A DNA stretch of 64,000 nucleotides, taken from positions 1,280,001 to 1,344,000 of the forward strand of contig CAUVXB020000002.1 of NCBI GenBank assembly GCA_963555825.3, given 5' to 3'. Below, piece after piece: positions 29,407-38,840 of the stretch; position 1 is the first letter of the stretch; each line of letters begins with the position of its first letter. The stretch comes from Alphaproteobacteria bacterium. Its GTDB lineage: Bacteria > Pseudomonadota > Alphaproteobacteria > JAAXGF01. The notes under the pieces were generated by a model. The model saw only the letters and a program-made list of their open reading frames with translations. It was not told the origin of the DNA and did no database searches. The translations under genes and the position numbers were made by a program.

Positions 29407-30171
29407 ATGAACAGCGCAACCAACCTGGAGGCGTTCCTCAAGCGCGATCGATGGTTCGTGCTCGCCGGCCTGGCGGGCGTAACGGCGCTCGCCTGGGTCT
29501 ATCTCGTCGTCATGGCGGCCGACATGGGCGCCATGGCGATGCCGGCCGTCGCGCCGTGGAGCGCCCTCGACTTCTGGCTGATGTTCGTCATGTGGGCGGT
29601 CATGATGGTCGGCATGATGCTGCCGAGCGCGGCGCCGATGATCCTGCTCTACGCCGCGGTCAGCCGCAAACAGCGCGGGCGCGGCCACGTCTTCGCAGCG
29701 ACCGGCGTCTTCGCCGCCGGCTATCTGGTCGCCTGGACGGTGTTCAGCCTCGCCGCGACCGCCTTGCAATGGGCGCTCGAACAGGCGGCGCTGTTGTCGC
29801 CGATGATGGTCGGCGCGAGCCCTTACCTGGGCGGCGCACTTCTCGTCGCCGCCGGCGTCTACCAGTGGACGCCGCTGAAGCACGCCTGTTTGGAAAACTG
29901 CCGCGCGCCGGCCGAGTTCCTGTCGCGGTCGTGGCGCAGCGGAACCGGCGGCGCCGTCGCGATGGGCGTCCACCACGGCGCCTATTGCGTCGGCTGCTGC
30001 TGGGTGCTCATGGGGTTGTTGTTCGTCGTCGGCGTGATGAACCTGTTGTGGGTCGCGGCCGTTACCGCCGTCGTGCTGATCGAGAAGGTCGCGCCCGGCG
30101 GCCATCGGTTCGCGCGCGCCGCCGGCGCCCTGTTCGTCGCGGCCGGCGCTTATGTCGTGGTTCACGGTTGA
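29407..30171 (+). CDS. DUF2182-family predicted metal-binding integral membrane protein
   Basis: MWAVMMVGMMLPS, GVYQWTPLKHACL..C and GAYCVGCCW..M...GVMN...EK. Confidence 0.88.
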   Translation: MNSATNLEAFLKRDRWFVLAGLAGVTALAWVYLVVMAADMGAMAMPAVAPWSALDFWLMFVMWAVMMVGMMLPSAAPMILLYAAVSRKQRGRGHVFAATGVFAAGYLVAWTVFSLAATALQWALEQAALLSPMMVGASPYLGGALLVAAGVYQWTPLKHACLENCRAPAEFLSRSWRSGTGGAVAMGVHHGAYCVGCCWVLMGLLFVVGVMNLLWVAAVTAVVLIEKVAPGGHRFARAAGALFVAAGAYVVVHG

Positions 30172-30215
30172 TCACTGATCCAAGGTATTACAGTTCAGCA
30201 ACGAGGCCATGCGCC

Positions 30216-31316
<1,101 letters not shown>

Positions 31317-31481
31317 GGCCGTCTCCCGTCGCGGCGCGCGTTAGCACCGCCCCCGCGCATATTACGGCATGCCGAGGGCGCGCCGTCGAGGCGAAATCCC
31401 ATGACGCCGGCCGTGGATTCATCCGAGTTCGTCCGCTAGTCTCGCGACCCGGCGACGTTGCCACGATGGTCGGAGGCGGAC

Positions 31482-32852
31482 ATGGCAGTGCAGGCATGGC
31501 TGAAGAGGGCGCTCGTCTACGCCGGCGAGTGGCTCGACTACCGAATGCGGCAAATCGAGCAGCCGGGCTGCGTCGTCGCGGTCGCCCACAAGGGCCGTGT
31601 CGTGTTCGAGCGGGCGTATGGCCACGCCGATCTGATCACCGGCGAGAGGTTGACGCCGCGCCACCGGTTTCGCGTCGCGTCGCATTCCAAGAGCTTCACG
31701 GCGGCCGGCATCCTCAAGCTGCGCGAGGCGGGCAAACTGCGGCTCGACGATCCGGTCGGCCAGCATGTCGACGGCCTGCACCCGGCCGTCGCCGAGACGA
31801 CGCTCAATCAGCTCCTGTCACACAGCGCCGGACTGGTGCGCGACGGTGCCGATGCCGGGCAGTGGCAGGACCGGCGCCCGTTCCTGGACGAGAAAGAGCT
31901 GCGCGCAGCGCTCGCCGAGCCGCCGGTGATCGAGGCGAGCTTACGATTCAAGTATTCCAATCACGGATTCGGCCTCTTGGGACTGGTCATCGAGGCCGTC
32001 ACCGGCGAACCCTATGGCGAATGGATCGGACGTAAAATCATCGCGGCGTCGAAACTCGATGAAACCTTACCCGACGGGCCGGCGCCCGATGACGTCCCCG
32101 TCGCGCGTGGCCATAGCGGCAAACTGCCCTTAGGCCGTCGCGTCGTCGTCCCGGGCGACAACCCGACGAATGCCTTGGCGCCCGCCACCGGCTTCGTCTC
32201 TACGGCCGCCGATCTGGCGCGCTATTTCGCCAGCCCGGACCCGGCGGCGAAGCGCAGCGTGCTCTCGACCGCGAGCCGGCGCGAAATGGTTCGACGGCAG
32301 TGGCGCGACCCCCATGCGGTGGGTGAAAGCTACTACGGTCTCGGCGTGATGTCCGGCACGGTCGGCGGGTGGGATTGGATCGGCCACGGTGGCGGTTTCC
32401 AAAGCTGCATCAGCCGCACGGTCGTCCTGCCCGGCCGTGACCTCAGCGTCTCGGTTCTCACCAACGCCGTCGACGGGGCGGCGTCGCCCTGGTCGGACGC
32501 CGTGGTTCACATCCTGCGTGAATTCGCCGCGCGTGGCGCGCCGACCGCGCGGACCCGCGATTGGACGGGCCGCTGGTGGACCCTGTGGGGCGCCGTCGAC
32601 CTGATCGCCCATCGCGATCACGTGGCCGTCGCCTCACCCGACATGATCAATCCCTACTCGGGCGCGAGCGAGATCGAGGTGACGGCGCGCGACCGGGGTA
32701 AGATCCGCCTCGCCGGCGGGTTCGACTATCACGGCGAGCCCGCCCGACTCGTCCGCGGCCGCGATGGCCGGGTGCGCGACGTCTGGCTCGGCGGCACAAA
32801 GTTCATCTCCGAGGCACGGGCAAAGGCCGAGCTCAAGCGGCGATATGACTGA
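31482..32852 (+). CDS. Serine hydrolase, beta-lactamase/PBP-like family
   Basis: ASHSK (SxxK), LLSHSAG, YSN and GHGG. Confidence 0.88.
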   Translation: MAVQAWLKRALVYAGEWLDYRMRQIEQPGCVVAVAHKGRVVFERAYGHADLITGERLTPRHRFRVASHSKSFTAAGILKLREAGKLRLDDPVGQHVDGLHPAVAETTLNQLLSHSAGLVRDGADAGQWQDRRPFLDEKELRAALAEPPVIEASLRFKYSNHGFGLLGLVIEAVTGEPYGEWIGRKIIAASKLDETLPDGPAPDDVPVARGHSGKLPLGRRVVVPGDNPTNALAPATGFVSTAADLARYFASPDPAAKRSVLSTASRREMVRRQWRDPHAVGESYYGLGVMSGTVGGWDWIGHGGGFQSCISRTVVLPGRDLSVSVLTNAVDGAASPWSDAVVHILREFAARGAPTARTRDWTGRWWTLWGAVDLIAHRDHVAVASPDMINPYSGASEIEVTARDRGKIRLAGGFDYHGEPARLVRGRDGRVRDVWLGGTKFISEARAKAELKRRYD

Positions 32853-32994
32853 CCCGGCGGCGACGATCGATCTCCATGGCCGCCGTTATCCGTTGCACCG
32901 ATCGGATAACCCGGACCGGCGCGCGTAATCCAAAAACGCCGTCATCGGCGCGCCGTCCGAGACCGCGTGACGCTGGCAACGCTATACTGGGCGG

Positions 32995-33600
32995 ATGACG
33001 AGCCCGTCCCCGCCATCCGCGCCGCGTTCGGTGCGCCAGGCGCCGCGCCGCCGGCTGCCGGTCTGGCCCTATTGGTTCCTGGCCATCGCCATGGCGTTGG
33101 CCGGCGGCGCGATCATCTACACATGGTGGCCCGCCGACTATCCCGGCGAGGACGAATTGGTCAAGGTCTCGGGCGAGATCGCCACCGCCAGGATCCGCGA
33201 CGACATCTCGGATTCATCGGCGGGCGCCTTCATGCCGGCGCTGACCGCGGTCTATTTCACGATGAAGGGGATCGAGGGCGAGTTCCGCTATCCGTCGTCA
33301 CATCCGCAATACGTCAAGGTCCGCGACTTCACGGCGGTCGCCATGGACGTTTGGGTCGATAAGGCAGAGATCGGCACCGGCCGGCCGATGACGATCTGGG
33401 CGATCGAGGAGCGCAACCCGTACAACCTGGTCATGTCGGCGACCTCGATCGGCTACGACGAGATCGTCGGCGAGCTCGCCGAGACCGACCGCTCGATGGT
33501 CGAGGCCGGCGGCTGGCTGCTCGCCATCGCCACCGCATTGCTGACCACGGGGCTTCTGGTGCAACGCCGCAACCGCGGCCTGCCGTCGCTCGGCCCCTGA
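32995..33600 (+). CDS. Hypothetical two-TM membrane protein (paralog 1)
   Basis: Clean ORF with N- and C-terminal hydrophobic helices; aligns along its length with the next ORF. Confidence 0.75.
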   Translation: MTSPSPPSAPRSVRQAPRRRLPVWPYWFLAIAMALAGGAIIYTWWPADYPGEDELVKVSGEIATARIRDDISDSSAGAFMPALTAVYFTMKGIEGEFRYPSSHPQYVKVRDFTAVAMDVWVDKAEIGTGRPMTIWAIEERNPYNLVMSATSIGYDEIVGELAETDRSMVEAGGWLLAIATALLTTGLLVQRRNRGLPSLGP

Positions 33601-33625
33601 AGACCGGTTATACTATTGCGTTGAT

Positions 33626-34240
33626 ATGCCCTCGCTGTTTTCCATGATGTTCGGCCCCCGGCGGCGCGCGGCCTTCCGCCCGCCGCCCAAGCACCTGCCG
33701 GTATGGCCGTACTACTTCTTCGGCATTGTCGCGCTCGTGGTTGCGACGGTGTTCATCGTCGGCTGGTGGCCGAAGGGGTTTCCCGACGCCGACGAATTGA
33801 CCATGGTCTCGGGCAAGATCCGCACCGTGGTCATCCGCGACGACATCTCAAAGACCATGGCGGGCGCGGCGATGCCGTCGCTGACCTCGGTCTACTTCAC
33901 GCTCGAGGGCGTCGATGACACGTTCCGCTACCCGTCGACCCATCCGCGATATTACGACGTCGCCTATCGCACGGCGGGCACCATCGACGTCTGGGTCGGG
34001 GCGGCCGCGCGCGGCACGGGCGAACCGGTGAATATCTGGCAAATCCAAGAGCACAGCGACTTCAACCTGACGGCGCCCGCGACCTTCGTCGCCTATGACG
34101 AGGTGTTCGCCGCGCTGACCAAGGCCGCGCGCTCGACGGTGCGCTGGGGCTTCTGGCTGCTGTCGATCGCCGCGGCGCTCCTGGTCATCGGCGTCGTCGT
34201 GCAGCGCATCAACCGCACCCGTCCACCCGCCGGTCCCTGA
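33626..34240 (+). CDS. Hypothetical two-TM membrane protein (paralog 2)
   Basis: Shares LPVWPY, IRDDIS, VYFT, FRYPS.HP.Y, DVWV and YDE with paralog 1. Confidence 0.75.
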   Translation: MPSLFSMMFGPRRRAAFRPPPKHLPVWPYYFFGIVALVVATVFIVGWWPKGFPDADELTMVSGKIRTVVIRDDISKTMAGAAMPSLTSVYFTLEGVDDTFRYPSTHPRYYDVAYRTAGTIDVWVGAAARGTGEPVNIWQIQEHSDFNLTAPATFVAYDEVFAALTKAARSTVRWGFWLLSIAAALLVIGVVVQRINRTRPPAGP

Positions 34241-34257
34241 CCCCCAACACCTCCTTT

Positions 34258-34343
34258 AAACGTAAGCAGTATACATTTACGCGCGCCCGGAATGTCCGCC
34301 CCCCACGATGTCGGCGCCGGAGAAATGTATACTGCTTACGTTT
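34258..34343. repeat. Perfect 21-bp inverted repeat (REP-like or bidirectional terminator)
   Basis: AAACGTAAGCAGTATACATTT (34258-34278) and AAATGTATACTGCTTACGTTT (34323-34343), between convergent genes. Confidence 0.75.
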
Positions 34344-35281
34344 TAAGGTGGCGCGGCCCGGCCGCCGATTCGCGCCGGCAGGCGCTCCTTGAGCAGGCGG
34401 ATGTGGTCGGGGCCGATGCCGCAGCAGCCGCCGACGATCTGCACGCCCATGCCGACCCAGCCCTGCGCATAGGCGAGATAGTCTTCGGGCGCGATGATGT
34501 CGACGAACTGCCAGTTCGGGTGTTCGAAGCGGCCCGATTCGGCATAGGCCATCAGCGGGCCCGACCAGTGCCGCTTGAGCACCTCGAGACCGGGCCCGGT
34601 GTCGTCCAAAATCGAGTGCATGACGCCGGCAACGTTGCCGCCGATATCGAGGATCGGGTCGATCGCGTCGTCGAAACCGACCTCGCCGCCGCGCGTATCG
34701 TAGGCCAGCACCCGGTCGCGCGCGTCGTTCATGCGGCAGCTGAAGCCGAGCCAGACCGGCAGGCCGGTCGCCACCGCCGCCTCGACGAACAGGCGCGACC
34801 ACGCGACGTCGATGATCATCTCGGGGATCAGCACGTCGCAGCCCGCCTCGGCGAGCGTCTCGGCCTGCTCGCGGAAGCTCGCGCGCGCCGCCGCTTCGTC
34901 CGGCCGGTACGCGCGGTCCATGTTGGCGATCTGCGGCGACATCGAGCCGGCGATCCAGACGTCGCGCTCGGCCGCCGCGTCGCGCGCCTCGCGCGCCAGC
35001 TCGACGGCGCGCCGGTTGATCGCCACGGTCGCCTCGCCCAGCCCGGCGTGCTCGAGCACGTGGCGTGCGGTCGAGAACGTGTTGGAGATGATCACGTCGG
35101 CGCCGGCGCGGATGTAGTCCGCATGCACCTTGCGCACGATGTCGGCGTGGTCGGTCATGGCGGCGGCGCACCAGGTGACGTCGTCCATCGGCATGCCTTG
35201 GCGCTCGAGCTCGGTGCCGGTGCCGCCGTCGAGGATGATGACGTCGCCGCGCGCGAGGCGCTCCTGCAGGCTGCTCATCAC
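34343..35281 (-). CDS. Homocysteine S-methyltransferase family protein
   Basis: ILDGGTGTEL, HADYIRAGADVI..NTF and VGGCCGIGPDHI. Confidence 0.9.
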   Translation of the reverse strand: MMSSLQERLARGDVIILDGGTGTELERQGMPMDDVTWCAAAMTDHADIVRKVHADYIRAGADVIISNTFSTARHVLEHAGLGEATVAINRRAVELAREARDAAAERDVWIAGSMSPQIANMDRAYRPDEAAARASFREQAETLAEAGCDVLIPEMIIDVAWSRLFVEAAVATGLPVWLGFSCRMNDARDRVLAYDTRGGEVGFDDAIDPILDIGGNVAGVMHSILDDTGPGLEVLKRHWSGPLMAYAESGRFEHPNWQFVDIIAPEDYLAYAQGWVGMGVQIVGGCCGIGPDHIRLLKERLPARIGGRAAPP

Positions 35282-35291
35282 GCCACCCCGG

Positions 35292-35666
35292 TCAGTCGGC
35301 GCTGAAGCCCTCGCCGGGCTTGCGGTATTCGTCGCGCGGCGGCGCGAAGACGTCGAGCACCACGGCGCCGGCGTCGCCGGTACGCACGCTGTGCTCGACG
35401 CCGCCCGGCGTGCACCAGAAATCGCCCGCCTTGACCGCGGCCTCCTCGCCGCCCTGGATGCGCACGAGTTCGCCCTCGAGCAGCACGCCCCACTGCTCCT
35501 GCGGGTGGCTGTGCAGCGTGCCCTCGGAATTGGGCGCGATGCGCACCACCGAGAGCATCGCCTGGTCGCCCGGGAAGATGCGCGTGGTGATGCCCTCGGC
35601 GAGCGTGCGCGCGATGCCCTGGGCCTCGTCGTGAAGATTGAAGACCCACTGGTCCTTGTTCGCCAT
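35292..35666 (-). CDS. Cupin-domain protein
   Basis: HSHPQEQ...G and PGGVEH...DVFAPPR cupin motifs. Confidence 0.88.
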   Translation of the reverse strand: MANKDQWVFNLHDEAQGIARTLAEGITTRIFPGDQAMLSVVRIAPNSEGTLHSHPQEQWGVLLEGELVRIQGGEEAAVKAGDFWCTPGGVEHSVRTGDAGAVVLDVFAPPRDEYRKPGEGFSAD

Positions 35667-35722
35667 GATCGGTCCCTCTCTGTCGGTTCTGAGGCGAGGT
35701 TAGCGCAGAACGCGCCGCCGCG

Positions 35723-37390
35723 TCAGTTGCGCCGTTCGAGCAGCCGCCTTGCGATGACGTGGGCCTGGATCTCCCCGGCGCCCTCGAAGATGTTCAAGAT
35801 TCGCGAGTCGACCAGCACGCGGCTGATGACGAACTCCTCGGCATAGCCATTGCCGCCGTGGATCTGCAGCGCGTTGTCGGCATTCGACCAGGCGACCCGG
35901 GCGGCGAGCAGCTTGGCCATGCCGGCCTCGACGTCGCAGCGTCGCCCGGCGTCCTTCTCGCGCGCCGCGAAATAGGCCAGCTGGCGCGCCACCATGGTCT
36001 CGACCGCCATCCAGGCGAGCTTGCCCGAGACCCGCGGGAAGCCGTAGATCGGCTTGCCGAACTGGACCCGCTCGGTGGCGTAGGCGAGGCCCAGCTCGAG
36101 CGCGTTCTGGGCGACGCCGACGGCGCGCGCCGCGGTCTGGATGCGCGCCGATTCGAAGGTCTCCATGAGCTGCTTGAAGCCGCGCCCCTCGACGCCGCCA
36201 AGCAGGCCGTCGGCGGCGACCTCGAAGCCGTCGAAGGCGAGCTCGTATTCCTTCATGCCGCGATAGCCGAGCACGTTGATCTCGCCGCCGGTCATGCCGG
36301 GCGCCGGGAACGGGTCGTCGTCGGTGCCGCGCGGCTTCTCGGCGAGGAACATCGAGAGCCCGCGATAGCCGGGCTCGTCCGGATCGGTGCGCACCATCAT
36401 GGTCATCAGGTCGGTGCGCGCCGCGTGGGTGATCCAGGTCTTGTTGCCGGTGACGCGGTAGACGTCGCCGTCGCGCACCGCGCGGGTGCGGATCGCGCCG
36501 AGGTCGGAACCGGTCGCCGGTTCGGTGAAGACCGCGGTCGGCAGCACCTCTCCGCTCGCGATGCGCGCCAGCCAACGGTCCTTCTGGTCGTCGGTACCGG
36601 CGAGGCGGATCAGCTCGGCGGCGATCTCCGAGCGCGTGCCGAGCGAGCCGACGCCGAGCGCGCCGCGGCTCAACTCCTCGGTCACCACGCACATCGCGAC
36701 CTTGCCGAGCCCGGCGCCGCCGAACGCCTCGGGCACGGTCAGGCCAAAGACGCCGAGCGCCGCCATCTCCTCGACGATCTCGATCGGTATTAGTCGATCG
36801 GCGCGGTGCCAGTCTTGCGCGTCGGGCGCGATGCGTTGGTCGGCGAAGCGGTGGAACTGGTCGCGCACCATCTCGAGCGTCTCGTCGCCGAGCCCCGCCT
36901 CGCCGAAGCGGCCGTCGGCGATCAGCTCGGCGATTTGCCGGCGCACCTCGGCCGAATTGCCGCGTGCTATCAGCTTAGCGACATCGGGCGTGCGGAAGGC
37001 GCCGAGCGTGTCGTCGTCGAGGCCCAGATCGGCGGGCCTGACGACCTCGACCTGGCTCATCGCGATGCCGCCCGAGATTTGCGCGAGATATTCGCCGAAC
37101 GCCGCCTGCAACATCAGCGCCTCGAGCGCGCCCAGCCGACCCGCGGTGTCCAGCCCACGCGCCCAGGCGAGCATCTGGCGCAGCGCGGCGACATAGGTCG
37201 CGAGCCAGGCGAAGCCGTGCGCCGCGAACTGGCTCTCGTCGAGCCTCGCGGCATCGATCCGCCCGTCGCGCAGCACCTCGGCGCCGATCGTGCGCCGCGC
37301 CGCCGCCATCAGCCGCTCGGCGGCGTCGAGCGCGGCGGCGCAGTTTGCGATGAGGTCGTCGACCGCAACCGGGGCGGCGGGTCGCGCCAT
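35723..37390 (-). CDS. mcd: (2S)-methylsuccinyl-CoA dehydrogenase (acyl-CoA dehydrogenase with N-terminal extension)
   Basis: QFAAHGFAWLATY extension, GSLGTRSEIA, FTEPATGSDL and GYRGMKEYE; directly downstream of ccr. Confidence 0.88.
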   Translation of the reverse strand: MARPAAPVAVDDLIANCAAALDAAERLMAAARRTIGAEVLRDGRIDAARLDESQFAAHGFAWLATYVAALRQMLAWARGLDTAGRLGALEALMLQAAFGEYLAQISGGIAMSQVEVVRPADLGLDDDTLGAFRTPDVAKLIARGNSAEVRRQIAELIADGRFGEAGLGDETLEMVRDQFHRFADQRIAPDAQDWHRADRLIPIEIVEEMAALGVFGLTVPEAFGGAGLGKVAMCVVTEELSRGALGVGSLGTRSEIAAELIRLAGTDDQKDRWLARIASGEVLPTAVFTEPATGSDLGAIRTRAVRDGDVYRVTGNKTWITHAARTDLMTMMVRTDPDEPGYRGLSMFLAEKPRGTDDDPFPAPGMTGGEINVLGYRGMKEYELAFDGFEVAADGLLGGVEGRGFKQLMETFESARIQTAARAVGVAQNALELGLAYATERVQFGKPIYGFPRVSGKLAWMAVETMVARQLAYFAAREKDAGRRCDVEAGMAKLLAARVAWSNADNALQIHGGNGYAEEFVISRVLVDSRILNIFEGAGEIQAHVIARRLLERRN

Positions 37391-37398
37391 CGACGCGC

Positions 37399-38685
37399 TC
37401 ACGCCTCGCGGGCGTCTTCGAGGGTGCGCAGGCCGGGGCGCTTGGCCTGAACGAGGACCGCCATGTTGCCCGGCTTGTGCTCGTTGTTGAGCATCTTGGT
37501 ATGCGCCCGCGGGATATCCTCCCAGCCGAACACCTCGCTCATGCACGGGTCGATGCGCCGCCCGACGACCAGGCGGTTGGCCTGGGCGGCCTGCAGCAGG
37601 TTGGCGAAATGGCTGCCCTGGATGCGCTTCTGGCGCATCCAGACGAAGCGCGCGTCGAAGGTCAGGTTGTAGCCCGTGGTGCCGGCGCAGAACACCACCA
37701 TGCCGCCGCGCTTGACGACGAAGCAGGAGACCGGGAAGGTCTGCTCGCCGGGGTGCTCGAAGACGAAGTCGACGTCGTTGCCCTTGCCGGTGACCGCCCA
37801 GATCGCCTTGCCGAACTCGCGCACCTTCTTGGCGTATGCGGCGTAGCCCTCGGCGTCGTCGATGTCGGGGCAGCGGCCCCAGCAGTCGAACTTCGTGCGG
37901 TTGATCGCCGCCGTGGCGCCGAGCGAGCGGACGAAGTCCTCCTTGTCGTCGTCGGAGATCACCGCGATGGCGTTGGCGCCGGCCGTCGCGATCAGCTGGA
38001 TCGCCATCGAGCCGAGGCCGCCCGCGCCGCCCCACACCAGCACATTGTGACCGGGGCGCAGGATATGCGGGCGGTGGCCGAACAGCATGCGATAGGCGGT
38101 GGCGAGCGTCAGCACATAGCAGCCGCTCTCCTCCCAGGTCAGGTGGCGCGGCCGCGGCATGAGCTGGCGCGACTGGACGCGGGCGAACTGGGCGAACGAG
38201 CCGTCGGGCGTCTCGTAGCCCCAGATGCGCTGGCTTGGCGACAGCATCGGGTCGCCGCCGTTGCACTGCTCGTCGTCGCCGTCGTCCTGGTTGCAGTGGG
38301 CGACGACCTCGTCGCCGACCTTCCAGCGCGTCACCCGGCGGCCGACCGCCCAGACGACGCCCGAACAGTCCGAGCCGGCGACGTGGTAGTCGGCCTTGTG
38401 GATGTCGAACGGCGAGACCGGCTTGCCGAGCGCGGCCCAGACGCCGTTGTAGTTGACTCCGGCGGCCATCACCAGGACCAGCACCTCGTCGGAATCGATG
38501 TCGGGTGTCTGCACCGCCTCGACCCGCATGGCGTCCTCGGGCGTGCCGTGGCGCTCGCGGCGGATCGCCCAGGCGTACATCTTCTCGGGCACGTGACCCA
38601 AGGGCGGGATCTCGCCGATCTCGTAGAGATCCTTGCGCTCGCCCGCGTCCCCATCGACCGCGATGGCTTCCGCCGCATCGCTCAT
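37399..38685 (-). CDS. ccr: Crotonyl-CoA carboxylase/reductase
   Basis: KDLYEIGEIPPLGHVP, AAGVNYNGVWA, IWGYETPDGSFAQF and WMRQKRIQGSHFAN. Confidence 0.95.
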   Translation of the reverse strand: MSDAAEAIAVDGDAGERKDLYEIGEIPPLGHVPEKMYAWAIRRERHGTPEDAMRVEAVQTPDIDSDEVLVLVMAAGVNYNGVWAALGKPVSPFDIHKADYHVAGSDCSGVVWAVGRRVTRWKVGDEVVAHCNQDDGDDEQCNGGDPMLSPSQRIWGYETPDGSFAQFARVQSRQLMPRPRHLTWEESGCYVLTLATAYRMLFGHRPHILRPGHNVLVWGGAGGLGSMAIQLIATAGANAIAVISDDDKEDFVRSLGATAAINRTKFDCWGRCPDIDDAEGYAAYAKKVREFGKAIWAVTGKGNDVDFVFEHPGEQTFPVSCFVVKRGGMVVFCAGTTGYNLTFDARFVWMRQKRIQGSHFANLLQAAQANRLVVGRRIDPCMSEVFGWEDIPRAHTKMLNNEHKPGNMAVLVQAKRPGLRTLEDAREA

Positions 38686-38779
38686 GTCACCGCCCTCCGG
38701 CTGTCTCTTCGGCGCGCTGCACGGCGCGCCGGACGTCGCGCCATTCTTCGCGTTGCGCCGGCTTTTGGCAAGGCCTTGT

Positions 38780-38791
38780 TGCGCTGCACCA
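38780..38791. promoter_or_regulatory. Putative PhaR/AniA binding site in the ccr/ecm divergent promoter
   Basis: TGCGCTGCACCA fits the TGCRNYGCASMA motif described for rhizobial PhaR. Confidence 0.45.
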
Positions 38792-38840
38792 TAGAATATG
38801 CTCCCCTAATACCGGAGCACACGGGCCTTCGGGGGCGGAG

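Noticed and set aside
28468-30171. Novel 567-aa dehydrogenase-DUF2182 fusion protein
   Set aside because: A single extra G explains it; both genes have their own normal ends and starts.
32886-32910. Short inverted repeat GTTATCCG...CGGATAAC after the serine hydrolase
   Set aside because: An 8-bp stem with no U-tract and no second copy; too weak to call.
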